A stretch of 64,000 nucleotides of DNA, taken from Proteromonas lacertae (Eukaryota). Location: contig NGBS01000871.1 of the NCBI GenBank assembly GCA_002245135.1, forward strand, positions 124,001 to 188,000, written 5' to 3'. A model generated the notes under the pieces. That model ran no database searches. It worked only from the letters and a program-made list of their open reading frames with translations, and was not told the DNA's origin. The translations under genes were made by a program, and so were the position numbers. Positions 1 to 12,347 of the stretch are shown piece after piece. Every line of letters begins with the position of its first letter. Positions within the stretch are counted from its first letter, which is position 1.

Positions 1-239
1 TCTTCAACAGTTAAATCTTTTGTTTCATTTCGTTGATTCTGTTCTGAACTGGTTGGTTCATATTCTACATTAGTAGTACTACCACTTTGCGCCTCTTCAG
101 TATTTTTATTTGCCTCTTGTTGAGGATTTAAATTCATATTCTCAACATCTGAGTTGTTAACTGGCTTTGTGGTGTCTAATGCATTCCCTTCGCTATTAGA
201 CAACGGTAATTCAACACTGCTATTATTTTCAATTGACAT
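1..239 (-). CDS. 5' part of an unknown protein gene, running off the window edge
   Basis: ATG at 239. Open frame MSIENNSSVELPLSNSEG... continues to position 1 with no stop; low-complexity N-terminus. Confidence 0.55.
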   Translation of the reverse strand, partial: MSIENNSSVELPLSNSEGNALDTTKPVNNSDVENMNLNPQQEANKNTEEAQSGSTTNVEYEPTSSEQNQRNETKDLTVE

Positions 240-970
240 TTAAATAATAGTGGTTGATGATTCAATTGTGTTTAGTTAACAATTTTTCGGTCAAAATTAA
301 CATTCCCCTAAATTACATTTTACTCACTCCATTTTTTCTTCTCTTTTAGATGTTGTATTCTGTTTATTATGTTGACATTGAGTTCAGTATACATTACTAA
401 TGCGCTTTATGCTGTTAATACGGTTATAAACATATACATACATTGAAATAATTAATAGGACAAGAAATTATATCATAATTCTATTTTCCAATCTTTTTAG
501 TATGATTTTATATATAATATTGTATTATTTCAGAAAATATTATAATTCACTAAATTTCTTAAATAAAACCAAAAACTACAAAATTGTATATATGATTAAA
601 GTTAAATAATTGAAAATTATTTATTAGTGAATGCAATTAATTTAGTACAGTAAAAAATAAGAATTAATGTCAAAATGTTTTATTTATTACAGTGGTTATT
701 ACAGTTAATCATATCATTAGCAATGAATTTTGAATGTTAATAGTTAGAAAAAAAGAAGAATGACAAAATTAGAAAATGTAAATTATGTAATTTTGGGGAT
801 TGTAAACTTACACGGAAAAAAGGTTATATTCAAAATAAATAAAAAATTTAACCGCCTTTTCCCTATTTAGCGCCATAGATATCATAATATTACTCTTCAA
901 AAAATGATGTGAATAATTATTGTTTTACATAAACAAGGAAATATTTAATGAAAAAAATAATTATTTTCTT

Positions 971-3869
971 TTAACCTCTCATTATATGACCTCCCATCAC
1001 TCCAGCTGGTCCTGAGCTTTGCATTATTGTTGTCATATATTCTGAATATGTATAAGCACCTCCTGGGAAATTAGCTTTATCTTCAACCAATCTATATCTG
1101 AATACCACATCCATACTACTATTTTCATATACAATAAATACTTTCTCATAAACAGATCGATTTTCTCTAATAGCATTCACTATATTATTAACTTTCATAC
1201 TAAATTCATCACTTTCATCACTACTTGGAAGTAAAAATAATTTTGAACAATCTATATTTTCCAGACTATCAATACCAACTAAACTTTTGATCATTTCACT
1301 ATTTGCATTCTTACCTATCCATATAAATATATTTAATACATCATCCAGCATGTAAATGCATTCACTATTCAATATTGTTGATGATAAATTGATTAATGAG
1401 GGGATTAGAATATTATTACTTGATTCAATTGAACTACCTAATGGTATTTCCATCTTTATTTCACCATCTTCACCAATGGGAACTTCTTCGCCAAAATTTG
1501 TACCAATTATATCATCAATTCTACGAAGATGAGGGTAATAGAATATCTTTGACTCTTCTATAGGTAAATTCCAACATTTATTGAGATAATAACTTCTTTC
1601 ATCAGGTTTTATATCATTCGAACCTCTGAATGTAATTGATTTTTGTGTAGACATCTATTATTTAATATAATATAATATATATACAATATATAATGGTAAT
1701 AATGATAATGCTTGATTCAATTGTAAATTATTACCTAACGCATTATTATTATTACCATTAGCAGTAATAGTTGCAGTATTGTTTGTAGAAAATGCACCAA
1801 CACTTGCACGATAACTCTTTATAATCTCAATACATATTTGTTGTAATTTAAATCTTGCTGTATCTAAACCTAATGTCAATACATTATTAATAGCTCTCTT
1901 TGATAAGACATTCATTAAACAATCAATATTAATAGAGTCAAAAGCTTCACTAATTACAGTAGTCATTTCTATAGATATGGTATGGCATCTAATTCTTCTA
2001 TTACCATCACTTGTTGTGTATAATAAACCACTTTGAACAGTGACAAAGTTATTCTGTATTACACTCTCACCATCTAACTCTAATTCTAATACAAATACAC
2101 TGTCACTGTGTACATTTGGTAAGCCAATCAAATCACTTGTTCGTTGTGCGCAATTACCATACCATTGGCTGATTCTTAATCCTTTAGAGACTCTCACTCT
2201 TAATACACCTTCCCAACCTGTTTCTCTAGTTAAATCATGTATTAAATCATAATAAAACTTCAATCCATCTAAGTTATAATCAAAATTAGGATAATAATAT
2301 AACTCACCACCTGTATTCTTAGGTAAATCAATGAGACTTGCAATATCTAAAAACATATTACCAAAACAATATAAATCAACACAAATATGTTTCTTCTGAC
2401 ACATATCAGCGAACTTTGTATAAAATGGTTCATTATTATTTAATAAGTTCCTTTCTTTATCAGTACCTAGTAATGTACTACTTTCACGATGTTTTAAAGC
2501 ACCTAATCCTTTCAATGGTAAGACACTTTGGAAGATTAGAATCTTTCCACCAACATTCTGTATTATGTTATAAGCAGCTTGAATTGCATTACCTAAACAT
2601 GAATCACCTATTCGAGTTTCACTAAAATTGGTGCTTAATTTACCTAATAGATCTGTTAATAGATCTTTACAATCATTTATATTCACTAATAAATCATCAG
2701 GGCAAGGTAAGAAATCATTATCTTCCGAGATCACTACAGACTATCATCTCAGCTTGTTTCATAGTTCGTTTCATATAGTAAAAATGTAAATGAGTGTCAT
2801 AGGTAATAATAGCAATCTGTGATCTTTCATTCCAATTGTTAGTTGGATAAGTATCAAGTAAATTCTTTATAGTAGTTGTTGCTAATTCTACCATTCGACT
2901 TGCTACTGCTGGATAAGTAACATCAATTAAAAACACATATACTGGTGCTTGAGGTGGACGCATCATGTATTCTGAAGTTGCAACGAATTCAACTTGTCCT
3001 TTTTGTAGTTCTGGATGTGTGTCAATATCAATTCTTTTACCAAATTCATCTAAATTACTATAATATGGAGTTGGAACATCGTTGAAGGTGGAACATAAAC
3101 TACATTTCCATCTACGACCATTATCTACAAACTGGTCGTATGGATTAATATAAGCTCGACAGGTTCGACATCTGGCTATAGGGATTGCACCGAAATTGAC
3201 GATTGGTATTTCTGAATCTTCAGTTTGTTCTGCTAATGGTCTTAATACTACAGATAGTGGAACTCTAAATTTTTGAAGTAATTCACCTGGTAAAAACTTG
3301 TTAATTGTAACATCCATATATCTAGGATCTGGTGCTAAGCTTGGATCTAGTGGTGCTCTAACTGAGTTTGGTACTGCTCTCATTCCTGGATAGGCTGTAC
3401 TAGATCCTTGAGACATCATTGCTGATGATTGCATTGTTGGGGATGTGGAGGACATTCCTCCATTATTAGGAATTTGGTAGAATGGAACAGTATCTCCTGA
3501 TATTCCACTTGTTGTAGGTGGAATTCCTTGACTTAATTGTTCTACCGTTGGTGGAGGAGGTAATACTGTTGTTGGAGGTGCAGTAGTACCATATCCAGGC
3601 GCATAGATACTAGCAGTAGATATAGGAGGAGGTTGAGCAAAATCTGTTGGTGGAGGAGGTACACCTCCCATAGGAGGTGCGAATCCTGTTGGTGGTGGTG
3701 GAAGTATGTTTGTAGATGGAGTTGCAGCAAATGTTGTTGGATAGGAAGAAAAAGGAGCAGTAGGATTCATAGAAGGCATGTTCATAGCACTTGATGAAGG
3801 TAAATTCATTGCTGGTTGAGAGGCAGTATTGATATTGCCTTTCTTTGAATTTTTAAACGGATTATTCAT
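971..3869 (-). CDS. SEC24: COPII coat subunit Sec24
   Basis: Pro-rich N-terminus; zinc finger RCRTCRAYINP...WKCSLC; trunk YVFLIDV; beta-sandwich RRIRCHT; gelsolin-like YMLDDVLNIFIWIG. 30-nt intron 1655-1684. One extra base near 2725 shifts the frame. Confidence 0.95.
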
Positions 3870-4049
3870 TCTTTAGTGTTGTGTTGATGTAACTCCTAAA
3901 TATATTGCAATATGCAAATTATATACTATTACGAAATAGATTTTGCTTTAATATTATCCCTAAGAGGGAGATGAAAAATTCTAAAAAACTTCTTAAATGT
4001 TGAGGCTTGAAAGCTCGAAAAATAAAATAGATTTCTTTTTGAAACAACA

Positions 4050-4883
4050 ATGTCAGCCAGCTTTATCCGTTATGCTGTTGTATCGAGACAGTATAGATTT
4101 TTGAATTATTATGTTTCACAGAGGGGTGATATTATCAGAGTGTGCATTACAAAGATCACCAGAACATGAAGGAATAGTTAGATCCCTATTACCAAAATTT
4201 CAAGCAGATCAATACAATGTGAAAAAGACATTCCATTATAATGCGTATAGCTTTAACAAATTTATTCGTAATAGTCAATATGATTTTCACACTTATTCAA
4301 AGGATAGATTACTTTTCGTTGCTTTAGCCGATCATTATGTTCCATTAAGAGTAGTTTATGCATTCTTAGAATCAATCGCTGATCAATTCGTCAATACATA
4401 TAGAGGAAGATTTGAATTTGCTGGACCTTATGGAATGAGAGAATTTGCATCAGTTATAACCAATGAATTAGTATATTATTCATAAATTATTTAATTTTGA
4501 ATAGAATCGATATAATGATCCACGAAGTGATGCTGTCACTCAAGTCATGTCTAAATTGGATGATGTGAAAGGAGTGATGGTGCAAAATATTGATCAAATT
4601 ATGCAAAATCACGAAAGATTAGATGTTGTGTTGAATAAATCAGAAAATCTTCAAGTAACTTCAAGAATATCATTTTTAAAAATAGAATTTTTAATTATTT
4701 ATCGTTCTTTAATTATATGATTTACCAGTTTAATAAGAATTCTGGAAATTTGAAATGTGAAATGATTAAACAAAAATGGAAGTTGATAGGCATTATATTA
4801 ATTATTCTTATTGTATGATTAATTATATTATTATATTATCTTAATAGATAATTATTATAATTATTATTGTTGCTACACAATAA
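4050..4883 (+). CDS. VAMP7: Longin R-SNARE, VAMP7-like
   Basis: Longin domain (IRYAVVSR...VVYAFLESI); SNARE motif KLDDVKGVMVQNIDQIMQNHERLDVVLNKSENL; C-terminal TM. Introns 4091-4121, 4245-4274, 4471-4504, 4667-4725 and one inside the TM-coding region. Confidence 0.88.
4667..4725 (+). other. AT-AC (minor spliceosome, U12-type) intron in VAMP7
   Basis: 5' end ATATCATTTT; branch-like TTCTTTAAT at 4705-4713; 3' end TTTAC. Removing it gives ENLQVTSRQFNK, which restores VAMP7 spacing. Confidence 0.75.
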
Positions 4884-4967
4884 TAATACAGTGGGAAATA
4901 ATTCTATTATACTATGATACTTTTTTTGTTATTATATTGCTGTTTTTACTTTTATTAAGCCATAATG

Positions 4968-5141
4968 AGATATTTTGAATATGATGATGAAGAAAAAGAA
5001 TTAAATTTGATTGATGATTTTAAAAGTCATGAGAGTGATATTAACTGTGTTAGATGGAATCCTGTAAAGACTAATATGTTGTGTAGTTGTAGCGATGATG
5101 AAAAAGTGAAAATATGGAAGGTTAGTGAAATTTTAGATTAA
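4968..5141 (+). pseudogene. Duplicated 3' fragment of CIAO1
   Basis: Encodes RYFEYDDEEKELNLIDDFKSHESDINCVRWNP...VSEILD*, matching the end of CIAO1 at 43267-43440. No 5' part present. Confidence 0.9.
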
Positions 5142-7278
5142 TAAGAAAACTATTCATTATTTATTCTATTTGTTCTTTTAAAGGGTTAATAATTTATGAG
5201 TAAATGAATATTATAACCTTTTTATGAAACGATATTTTTAACTGAAAGAAGTAAAAAGAATTTTAAAGAAAATAATCGAATTTTGTTGTTTTTCAAGATG
5301 TTCATTATAAATAAAACTGTTTTCAGTATAATACACAATATTCTTATTAATAGTTTTGGTTGTAGTAAGTGTTACTTTTATAAATGCTAAAGTTCCAGCT
5401 TTTGAAGGATTAAAAGTAAACACTCACACTTTTCCTACTGCAGTAATGACTAACACAGAATTGGCATATATTGAAGGTGTTTCATCAACAGAAGTTAAGA
5501 AGTTTGTATTTTCACTTACAAAAGCTACTGAAGATGAAACTTCAATAGATTATGCTGTAAATAATAAGATAAATGATGAAAAATCATTTTTTATGTTTTC
5601 TAACGAAGAAATTGAAAATGCAAACTCAAGTGGTAAAGAATGCAGTATAACAGAAAATAAAGAATACAAGTTGAGTGAATTACAAACAATGTGTGAAAGT
5701 CTGTATACTGAAATAAACACAAAAATCACTAAATTCAGTAAAACTATAAATGTTGAATATTATAGTAATTATTTTATATCAGTAATTAGTGCTGGTAAAA
5801 TAAATTCAATATCATTAGAAGCAGCTAATACCCTTATTAATATTGTTAAAGTAAATCCAACAACATATTCTGTAAAATCTCATTTCTTCAAAATATGTGA
5901 AATGAAAGGAATATTTATCAAGAATGATAAGATAATTTACTTTTTATATGAATCAGATTCAACTCATTTATCTTTGTCTGGCAATGTAGAAACTGATAAA
6001 GTTGTTAGTTGGGTTGATAAAACAGATTATAGTGAGATAAGAATAAAGAGATTGAGTAATGAATCAGAAATAATAACAAAGATATATTCATTATCAGCAA
6101 ATTCCAATATTGTTCATTATAAAGGAATATATGAAATAAGTGAAAGTGTATATATATTACCAATTGGAGAATCAATAAGTGAAGATGATATTTCAACAGA
6201 AATAACAACTCAATTAACAAACATTCAAAAAGAAATCAAAGATTCTTATAAACAGAAAATGAGAATGAGAAATCTTAATGAGAATAAACAACTTAAAGAA
6301 ATAAAGGCTAATACTGTAGATAGTTGGTTTTATGAAGATGTAACAAGTGATTATTATAAAGGATATTTCATTTGTGGTGAAGATTTTATATACATTGAAA
6401 AAACAAAATCAAATGATGCAAAAGTATTAGAAAAGATAATTCTTCAAAAGAAAATTGATTTAACAGCTCAATCACCTACTATAACAATCTCTGATACAAA
6501 TACTGAAATGAAAATCACTCTTAAAGAAACAGTTAAAAGTTGTGATGGAAAAACTGAATATAAAGTGTATATATTTATTTAATTGTATTCTAATAGAGAA
6601 ACAGTAAAACAATTATGTCCAACTGCTGATCCTAAATTGAAAGAAGTGATAATTGAATTTTCAAAAGCAGGAGATAATGTGAATATGATAATATTAAGTA
6701 ATACAAAGTATATGAAACAATCAACAATTCAAAGAAATACAGAATTATTGAGTTTGATTGGATTAGAAACAAATGCAATACCAATTGGTAAATACATAAG
6801 TCATGAAGAAACATATGTAAATGATTTTCATATTATTGAAGATCATTATTATAGAGTATTAAAAAGTGTAGAAATGGATTTAAGTGAAAGTGATAGAGAA
6901 ATAAAAGATTATATAAAAGTTGGAATGTCTATTAGAGAAAGAATAGTTATGAGTGAAAAAACTCAGCTTGGTGAATTATATTTCTTTATAATACCAAATT
7001 TAAATGATAAATATTTGATTCAAAGAACTGTAAGTGATTTTTATAAATATGACAGTGAATTTAATTCATATGATCAGTGATTTAAATGGAATAATGAGTG
7101 ATACAAATAACAAAGTAGATTTAATGATAAAAAGATTGACTGATTTTATGAAAAGCAATGATGATGATACAACAACAACAACAACAACAACAAGTGCTAC
7201 TGCAACACTAATGAATCAACAGAAACAACACCAGATTCAACATCTCAAACCACAATTCCAGATACTACAAAAGATGGA
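4968..7278 (+). repeat. Left arm of a ~2.3-kb inverted segmental duplication (partner 41132-43440)
   Basis: Near-identical to the reverse complement of 41132-43440. Antisense ORFs 5238..5423 and 42985..43170 are identical, as are 6632..6814 and 41594..41776. Confidence 0.95.
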
Positions 7279-7452
7279 TCAACTACAACATTAACTAATT
7301 ATTCAACTATATCTACAGATAGCAGTATTGACACAAATACTGATAGTGATGATGATATAAATACTCCAACTACTAAATTAGATGATAATAGTGGTTGTTT
7401 CTTATCATCTACTATCTTGTTCGTTATAATAATGATTATTTTGATAAATTAG
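5298..7452 (+). CDS. Predicted GPI-anchored surface protein, copy 1
   Basis: Signal peptide MFIINKTVFILVVVSVTFINA across intron 5326-5353; second intron 6567-6596. Ser/Thr stalk, then C-terminal DDNSG plus hydrophobic tail. Indels relative to copy 2: +1 at 7075 and -1 near 7209. Confidence 0.75.
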
Positions 7453-7531
7453 GATTTTAAATATTAAGATTTAGAAAGTTATGATGATTTTCTAAATGTA
7501 TAAAAACATTAACGAAAATAAATATAATTAT

Positions 7532-8490
7532 TTATTCTTCACTTCTTTCACTCTCTAATCTTTTCAAATACTCTTCACTGGTTAATAAATCTTTTTGAAT
7601 ATCTATTAATTCATTCAATTTTGGTTCAATAATAGCAATATATCCTTCATTATGTGGTTTATCGAATAACAAAGTTGGTTCTTTTGTTAGTTTGTTATTT
7701 AATTCTATTAAATACCCTCTTATACATCCATGCAATTTATATTTCTCGTTATTTTCACATGTTACCTCACACAATATTGAATGTGGGTCAATCCAATAAC
7801 CACCTTTCTTATTCTTACCAGAAACAGTATTATCACTTAAATCACGATTAGTACTCTATTTTCAATAAAATGAGACTATATATACTTGATAAGATATAGA
7901 AATTGGTTTTGATTTTTGTTTGAAAATTGTATGGCTTGGAGCTATTCCAATTACACATAATTTATTTGAATGAAAATAAATATATCTATTTCAATTATAT
8001 ATGTATATAGATAGATAAATATTAATTTTATACTGATCATTCCCTTTAATTCCTTGAAAATCCATTACATACATCGCATTATAATATCTTTCTACAACTG
8101 TATTTCGAAACTTGTTTTTGAAATTCCATATTTTATTCATCATCTCTACACTGTTCATCCAACCACTCAATGTTATTCTTTCTTCTGTTTGTTCTCTCAC
8201 TAATTTTCTATTTTCTTCTTCTGCTTCATCTTCAACTTTTCTTAAATCATTTCTATATGTATTTAATAGATTTATTGAATATATACCGACCATGAGCAAA
8301 TTTGCATTTGTCTCCATATCTACAAGATCCTTTCTGTTCAAATTCATAACATACTCTGGTTTTAGTGGCATCCTTCTATTAAATAGTCAAATACTTAACT
8401 GATACCTTTCTTCTCTTTCTAGACTGATTATCTTCATCTGTAGGAGTCTATAAAACATACTATTTCGATTAAACTTACTGATGTTGACAT
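7532..8490 (-). CDS. ABITRAM/Simiate (FAM206A)-like protein with an N-terminal CCCH zinc finger
   Basis: C-terminal YFHSNKLCVIGIAPSH...VSGKNKKGG...GCIRGYLIELN...EGYIAII. An upstream exon encodes CYEFEQKGSCRYGDKCKFAHG (8292-8351). Several ~30-nt introns. Confidence 0.8.
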
Positions 8491-8622
8491 TAATTTGTAT
8501 TTTGAATAATTCCTCAAACTATCTGTCAAACTAAACTACAGTTTCAAATTTTATTTTTTAATTTTTTTCAACAAGTAATATAAATCGTTGTAATAGAGTG
8601 TTAAATAACATTAATACAAACA

Positions 8623-11345
8623 ATGAATAGTCAATTGTTCTATGTATTTTTTTTTTCTATTGAAAATTTAGAGACCTCCTCCTCAAAACCTTCATAGTAC
8701 TCCGGCTTATATACAGTACAAGGTATGAAATTTAAATATACTATTAGAGGCAGGACTTACAGAGCTCCTACTCCACCAGTTCAAAGAAATTTTATCCCGT
8801 TGACTACATACTCCCAAAATCCTGCTCAGCGTTATGGAAATATGGTGACAATATATGGACAACCGATACAAAGGAAGTCAGAACAAATATAGAAATGTTA
8901 TGAGAGCTCAAAGGAGTAAGAGTGCAAGAGAATCTCAAATTGCGCCACAACAAGTACAAGCACAAATGCAACAACAGCCAGTAATTAATTTCTATCAAAA
9001 GAATCGTCCTCAATCTGCAACATCTCATGGTTCTCGTCTACCAAATGGCCAACAGAAAGAATATCAACGTCCCAATTCAACCAATGCAATATACAGAACA
9101 GTCCCACAAGAACATCAAAAAGTACAACAACATAATATACCAGAAACTAACCGTCTAGCTCCACAAGCATTGAAGCATACCAATTTAAAAGAACAAATAG
9201 AACAAATACGAAAGAAAAGAGAAAAAGAAAATTATGTATATATATATATTTATAATATTATATATATAGAGTATGACACATCGTCCTCCAAGTGCAGGTT
9301 TAGTAATGTATCCTCGAACAGCAGTAGCTGGTAAATATTCACAAGAGAATCAACGTCCTCAGAGCAGTATGGGTGTAAGTAATGCTGTTACCAATAATGT
9401 TTATCACCATCATCATGTGAATGATAAAGATATTATTGTGAACTGACGCTTCATCTTCCTCATCTTCTTCATCATGTTCTTCATATTCTACTTCTAATAA
9501 CAGTAATAATCTAAAACAACAACAGCAGGTGGTTAAGTATGTATATCCAGCTAAACAAGAATCATCACCAAGAGGTATTACTATTGCCAGTAGTAATAAG
9601 AATAACAAACCATTAATAGCAAAAGAACCAATACCTTCAACTACAACTACTGTTAATAACTAAAGAAGAAAAACCAACAATCAAAACTTCTTTACCAGCT
9701 AATAATAATAATAATCACAGCAATAATAATTCAATATTGACATCTGCTACACCAAATAGTACAATAGCCAGTAAAGCCAATGTTTCTAATATAACATCTA
9801 ATACATCCACACCAAATCGAGCTCAATCTGCACCACCAGCATCTTATAGTTCAAATACCAATTCAGCAGCATCAACACCAGCAGTTTCTACTAGAAAATC
9901 AGCTTCAACCACACCTAATAATATAAATCAAAGATCTAGAAGTGGTAGTAATGCAAGTACAAACAGTAATAATAATAATAATAATAAACCATCTTATGAA
10001 TCACATTCAGAATTAGCAAGAGGAAGAATAGAGAATTATACATTCGGTAAAGTGTTAGGACAAGGAAGTTATGGTAAAGTAAGTCAAGGAATTCACAATT
10101 TAACAGGTCAAACAGTAGCAATAAAAGTATATGAAAAACAGAAATTAAAGGATATTAGCCAATATCGAAGAATCAAACAAGAAATTGTAGTGATGGAACA
10201 TAGTAATTATCCATCTTTAATTAGGATATATGAACATTTTGAAACAAGTACTTGTGTTTATTTAATCATTGAATATTCAGGTGGTGGTAATTTGTGCCAA
10301 TATGTGAAAGATCGTCATAGACTTAGTGAGAATGAAGCAAGAGATTATTTCTATCAATTATGTAAAGGAATATCATATATGCATCATAAAAACATTATAC
10401 ATCGTGATATAAAACTAGAAAATATATTATTTGATGATAAATCAAAGAAACATATAAAATTAGGTGATTTTGGTTTTAGTATAAGAATGAGAGATTCTGA
10501 AAAACCATTAGCTGTATTTTGTGGTACGCCAACTTATATGGCACCAGAAATTGTACGAAGACAGAAATATAAAGGTAAGCCTGTGGATATATGGAGTATG
10601 GCTGTGTTATTATACAGTATGGTTATTGGTAGATTTCCATTTTCTGCCAAAAGCTTATCCAGAGTTATATAAAAAGTATATATATATATATATATATATA
10701 TTATTATTTTAAAATTTAATTATCAAAATAGAATTGCAGTTGGAAATATTGTTTTACCTGATACAATGTCTGGTACATTAAAAGATTTGTTAAGTAGGAT
10801 GTTTGTTGTAGATCCATCTAAAAGAATGACAATAGATGAAGTATTAAATCACGCTTGGGTAGCTTGTATTAATCCAGCAGGTAAATTAGAAAGACCATTA
10901 TATTTACCATCTGATAATCCAAATGAAGATATTATTACAATTGTACTGAATAAAATGGAAGAAAATGGATTTAATAGCAGTGAAGTGAAATTATCAATTT
11001 TGAATAAACAGAGGAATTATTTAAGTACTTGTTATTATTTATTTAAATGGCAAATGGGTTTAAAATCTCAGCCTAGAACCCCAAGAAGATCATCCAAGAC
11101 TAATTCTAGTCCGAAATAGTTATTCTTCTAATAGAATATCAAATACACAACAGGAAAGAAACAACAATACTCCACCTCAATTAAGATTATCAACTCCTAC
11201 TACAACAACAACAACGGTTAATGGAAATGATAATAAGAATAGTTCAACTCCATCATCAGGCGTAAAGCATCGAAGACCAAGCGTACATGGACCAGGTACT
11301 GAAGATGATGCTGAAGTGAGAGAAATTATTGATTTGTTAACTTAA
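8623..11345 (+). CDS. MARK/SNF1-related Ser/Thr kinase with a long low-complexity N-terminus
   Basis: GQGSYGKV, VAIK, HRDIKLEN, DFG and CGTPTYMAPE, followed by a UBA-like segment. Frameshift near 10650; start codon and 5' exons are approximate. Confidence 0.85.
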
Positions 11346-11544
11346 TTATAAAGAATAGTATTTATATACACTCCTTTTTCAAATTAATAATAATAATATA
11401 ATAAAAATAATAAATTTATATGAATAGATAATAATAATATAGAAATTTATGTAGATGTTTATCTAATTAACCCAAGAAATAATATATACAATAGAGAATT
11501 AATAAATTAATATATTCTCTATCCAAAATACAATAGAAAGCTTC

Positions 11545-11883
11545 TTAATTGCTCTTAATATCAGCTTTTTGATCGTGATATTCTTCTTTGGCTTGATCCT
11601 TCTTTTCTTTCATTTCAGCCTTCTTTGTATCCATCTTATCAGATACAATTTCCTATAAATAATTAAAATTTTGATTTAATTCTAAATACTTTTTTGTCTT
11701 GCATCTTTTCTTTAGCTCTGCCAGCTGCATCCTTTATTGATTCTTTAGCATGTTCCATTTTTTCTATAAAAAGTAATAAAACAACTAATACCTCCTACTT
11801 TCGCAGCCATTTCAGCAGCTTTATCTCCCATGGTTTCATTGCTAATTTATATGATATGATATGATAATATACTTTGATGACAT
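11545..11883 (-). CDS. Small LEA/hydrophilin-like protein (4 exons, missing from the ORF track)
   Basis: Three GT-AG introns join to give MSSNNETMGDKAAEMAAKVGEKMEHAKESIKDAAGRAKEKMQDKKEIVSDKMDTKKAEMKEKKDQAKEEYHDQKADIKSN*; rich in A/K/E/D. Confidence 0.7.
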
Positions 11884-12347
11884 GTTTTAAATAGATTAAA
11901 ATACTATTAAATAATGTAAGAAAAGCAAAACTAAAAGTTTTTTCTTACTTTCTTCACTTGGATAAGAAGCGAAGGATGAGATTAATTTTTGGAAATATAT
12001 TCACTGAAGCGAAGAAATTATATTTCTATTCCTTATTGTATCACACTATTCAATATAATCACTATTCTCAGCAACATTCTGCTAGAAAAATCCAGATACA
12101 TTTTCTATTACATAATACAATCTTTTCATTCACTATTTCCTTAAAATATGACACACACTCAATTTACCTATTTTCATTAATGTAACAACACTAACGTTAC
12201 GATAAAGACATATCTAAGATGATTAGTATATTTTATTCTATGATTTCTATTACATTTCAAGAAATATGAAGATTTTTAATGAATGGGTGAAAAATTTCAA
12301 CCATTTTTTTCATTGAAAATACCATAGTTATTCAAGTCAAGTAAATT

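Noticed and set aside
240..960. Long non-coding interval as a possible ncRNA or mobile element
   Set aside because: No recognisable structure, repeat or convincing exon chain; treated as intergenic.
2718..2734. Programmed ribosomal frameshift in SEC24 (and in TAP42)
   Set aside because: No shared slippery site; deleting one base restores the conserved protein, and the same pattern recurs across unrelated genes.
10677..10700. (TA)n tracts (also ~57847) and coding (CAT)n, (ACA)n and (AAT)n runs
   Set aside because: Ordinary intronic microsatellites and poly-His, poly-Thr or poly-Asn runs.
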